A stretch of 63,978 bases of DNA, counting the filler, from Fonticula-like sp. SCN 57-25 (Eukaryota), in assembly GCA_001724245.1 (NCBI GenBank). It is 8 parts of 8 records of this genome, joined end to end, with 100 filler letters (N's around TTAATTAATTAA, not from the genome) between each part and the next. Parts side by side here need not be neighbours in the genome. Positions count along the whole stretch, not along the records: positions 56,314 to 63,978 come from MEDX01000346.1; 7 more parts are not named here. The stretch is one strand, 5' to 3'. The notes beneath the pieces were generated by a model that made no database searches, was not told where the DNA came from, and worked only from the letters and a program-made list of their open reading frames with translations. Of this stretch, positions 61,879 to 63,978 are shown one piece after another; within the stretch, counting starts at the first letter, position 1; each line of letters opens with the position of its first letter. A program made the translations under genes and the position numbers.

Positions 61879-62710
61879 GGCGGACTCGGCGTCCGCCTGG
61901 CTGGTCAAAGAGTTGAGCAGCAACGTGCTTACAGCCGAAACGGCTCCCAGCTGCTGTGCCGGAGCGGCATGGTCGATAAAATCGTTCTTCTTCAGCTCGG
62001 CGGCGGGGATCGGAACCTGCTGGGCGACGGCGATGCGGTCAGAGGCGGTCGACGAGCCGACTGCAGGCGTGCCTCGAGAGAGCGAGGAACGGCCGAGAAA
62101 AAGACCGAAAAAAAGAAAGAACGACCGAAAGGGGCTAAGCGAAAAAACGCGCCCTAACGATCGACTGCGACGAAAGTGAAGAACGCGACGAAGGGAAACG
62201 CTAGCCGAGTGTCGACTAGGTTTCTGCCCCTCTTTTCGTCGGTTGCTCACAAAGTCAAAAACTCGCCCCGCTTGTCTCCGATCAACGGGCAGACAAAGAA
62301 AAACGGGGAAGAGTGGTTTCTCGAACCGGGCTAACCCGGGTAGGCAAGAAAGGGCCGATAAACGGTACCCGGACGGCCGCTGAGAGGAGAGCGGGGGGGG
62401 GGCGGTGAGCGCGAAAAACGAGGTCTTTTTCTCCTCCCAAGTCTTTTTGGCGCATTGCGACAAATTTGTCCCAAAAAGGAAACCGGTGTCGCATGGTCCG
62501 CTGACGTCAACGGATTTTTTGCCGCATGCAAACTGCAAACCGGTCTATCGGCTGTCAAACGGTTGACTAGGCCCAGCGATACGATTGGCTAATATTAGCC
62601 AGTAAATGGGATTGTAGCCAACCAAAAGCGTAGGAACGCGCTGAGATTTAGCCCACTACTTTCGAACTGGGGCTCCGCCCTGCACCGCGGCGCGTTGGCT
62701 CGTACGCCAC

Positions 62711-63978
62711 ATGGCCGGCCTTTCCGAGATTTCGGTGAAGCAGACCGATGATGCGTTGCTGGAGCTTGGTGCGGCGAACTCGCCCGTTCTTCCGAGGGCG
62801 ACCATCGGAGCCGCCGATGCGGTCGTGACCATGATCGTGTGCGTTATTGGCGGCGGTCTCATGTCGATGCCAAATTTCTACCTCGAGACGGGCTTGATAG
62901 CGTCGTCGCTCTTCACCGTCTCCCTTCTCATTGCCCTTCACTTTTCCGTTGATCTCTTGGCCGTGGCGTCGATAGAGACTGGCCGCCGGAGCTACGAGAG
63001 CATTGCCTTTGCGCTCTTTGGCTGGCCTGGCCTTTGGAGCGTCGAGCTGTGCCTCTTTGTGCTCCAGTTTGGTACCGTTTGCGGTTACCTGGTCACGATG
63101 GGCGAGCTTTTGGAGCCGCTCTGCGGGAGCCGCGCCTTTGCGCTCATCCTTGCGGCGTGCGTGCTGGGCGTGGCGCGGGACGATAACACGCTGCACGGGT
63201 TCGTGTCGTGGGGCCGCGCGTGCGTCGCGCTCTACGTGCTCGCCGTGGTGATCCTCATTGGCGGGTCGATATGGCTGCCGCTGCCGAGCGCGCCGATGCC
63301 GCTGTCGAGCACCAACGGTACGCTGGCGGGCGAGATCCCCCCGTCGGTCATCATTCTGGGTGTCGGATCGCCCTTGAGCGTCCTCCGCTCTCTTCCCGTC
63401 ATGTTTCAAGCCTACACATTCCAAAGGTTCGCCTCATACTATTATGTTTATTATTAACGTACGAGATAGTTCATTCTTTACCATGCTGGACGAGGTGCAG
63501 GAGCCGAGCATGACTGTGAGCGTGGGCGCCACCAAGAACGCACTCGTCATCTCGAGTGTCATGTACACCACTGTACGCCGACTTCTTTTTGTTTCATGAA
63601 CACTTTCTAATATGTACTTTAGGTGGGCGTGCTTGGCGTGATTGCTTTGGGGACGCAGCCGGACGCCGACATTCTTCGCGCGCACACGGGCGACTATATT
63701 ATTTACGACGTGCTGCGCGCAATGGTCGCGCTCATGGTGGCGCTCTCCTTCTCCCTCGTGTACGTCCCCTGCCGGCGGACACTTGACCGCCTCTTGTTCC
63801 TCGGCTACGGCGGCCTCGGCGAGACATCGGGCCCCGCGCCGACGTCGTCCACGCTCATCCCGCGCAACCGCGTCTTTGTAAACAGTCTTCTCGTGCTCCT
63901 CGTCGCCATCCTCATGACACTTCGCGTGACGTCACTGGCGCGCGTGCTGACCGTGACGGGGTCGTCGGCGGGCATCAT
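62711..63978 (+). CDS. Amino acid transporter (AAAP/SLC38-like), 3'-partial with introns near 63426 and 63562
   Basis: VIGGGLMSMP, SYESIA..LFG, FGTVCGYLV, FQAYTFQ, many TM helices. Confidence 0.85.

Noticed and set aside
61879-62538. 220-aa N-terminal extension of the mitochondrial carrier
   Set aside because: It begins at a non-ATG codon and translates a pyrimidine-rich UTR/intron-like region; an upstream exon cannot be excluded but is unsupported.

Overview
This window is not one locus. It is eight unrelated ~8 kb eukaryotic contigs joined by artificial 100-nt N/TTAATTAATTAA/N linkers (contigs: 1-7979, 8080-16054, 16155-24130, 24231-32184, 32285-40233, 40334-48231, 48332-56213, 56314-63978). 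Contig 1 (histidine phosphatase, divergent actin-like protein, ankyrin protein, LMBR1-family protein) has a different composition and intron style and may come from a second protist. Contigs 2-8 look like one compact, intron-rich unicellular eukaryote, probably an opisthokont and possibly a holozoan (animal-like Rab4, myosin-XV-like tail, CENP-Q, glycogenin, B56). I rebuilt the spliced gene models by hand. The main observations: (i) almost all 5' splice sites are GTRCG and none has +4 A; (ii) a C-rich to G-rich sawtooth runs across exons flanking long introns and overrides synonymous codon choice; (iii) several unusual architectures occur: a GOLD domain inserted in an App1 phosphatidate phosphatase, tandem PEX39/DUF5572-like repeats fused to a pseudo-HIBCH crotonase, a prokaryote-type DNRLRE domain with EGF exons expanded by exon+intron duplication, a CUB-TM-SH3 receptor, and an FH1-like polyproline block in a myosin-XV-like tail; (iv) a repeat-flanked Crinkler-type NTPase-nuclease island lies beside a dead kinase. 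All family assignments come from motif recognition by eye, not from database searches.
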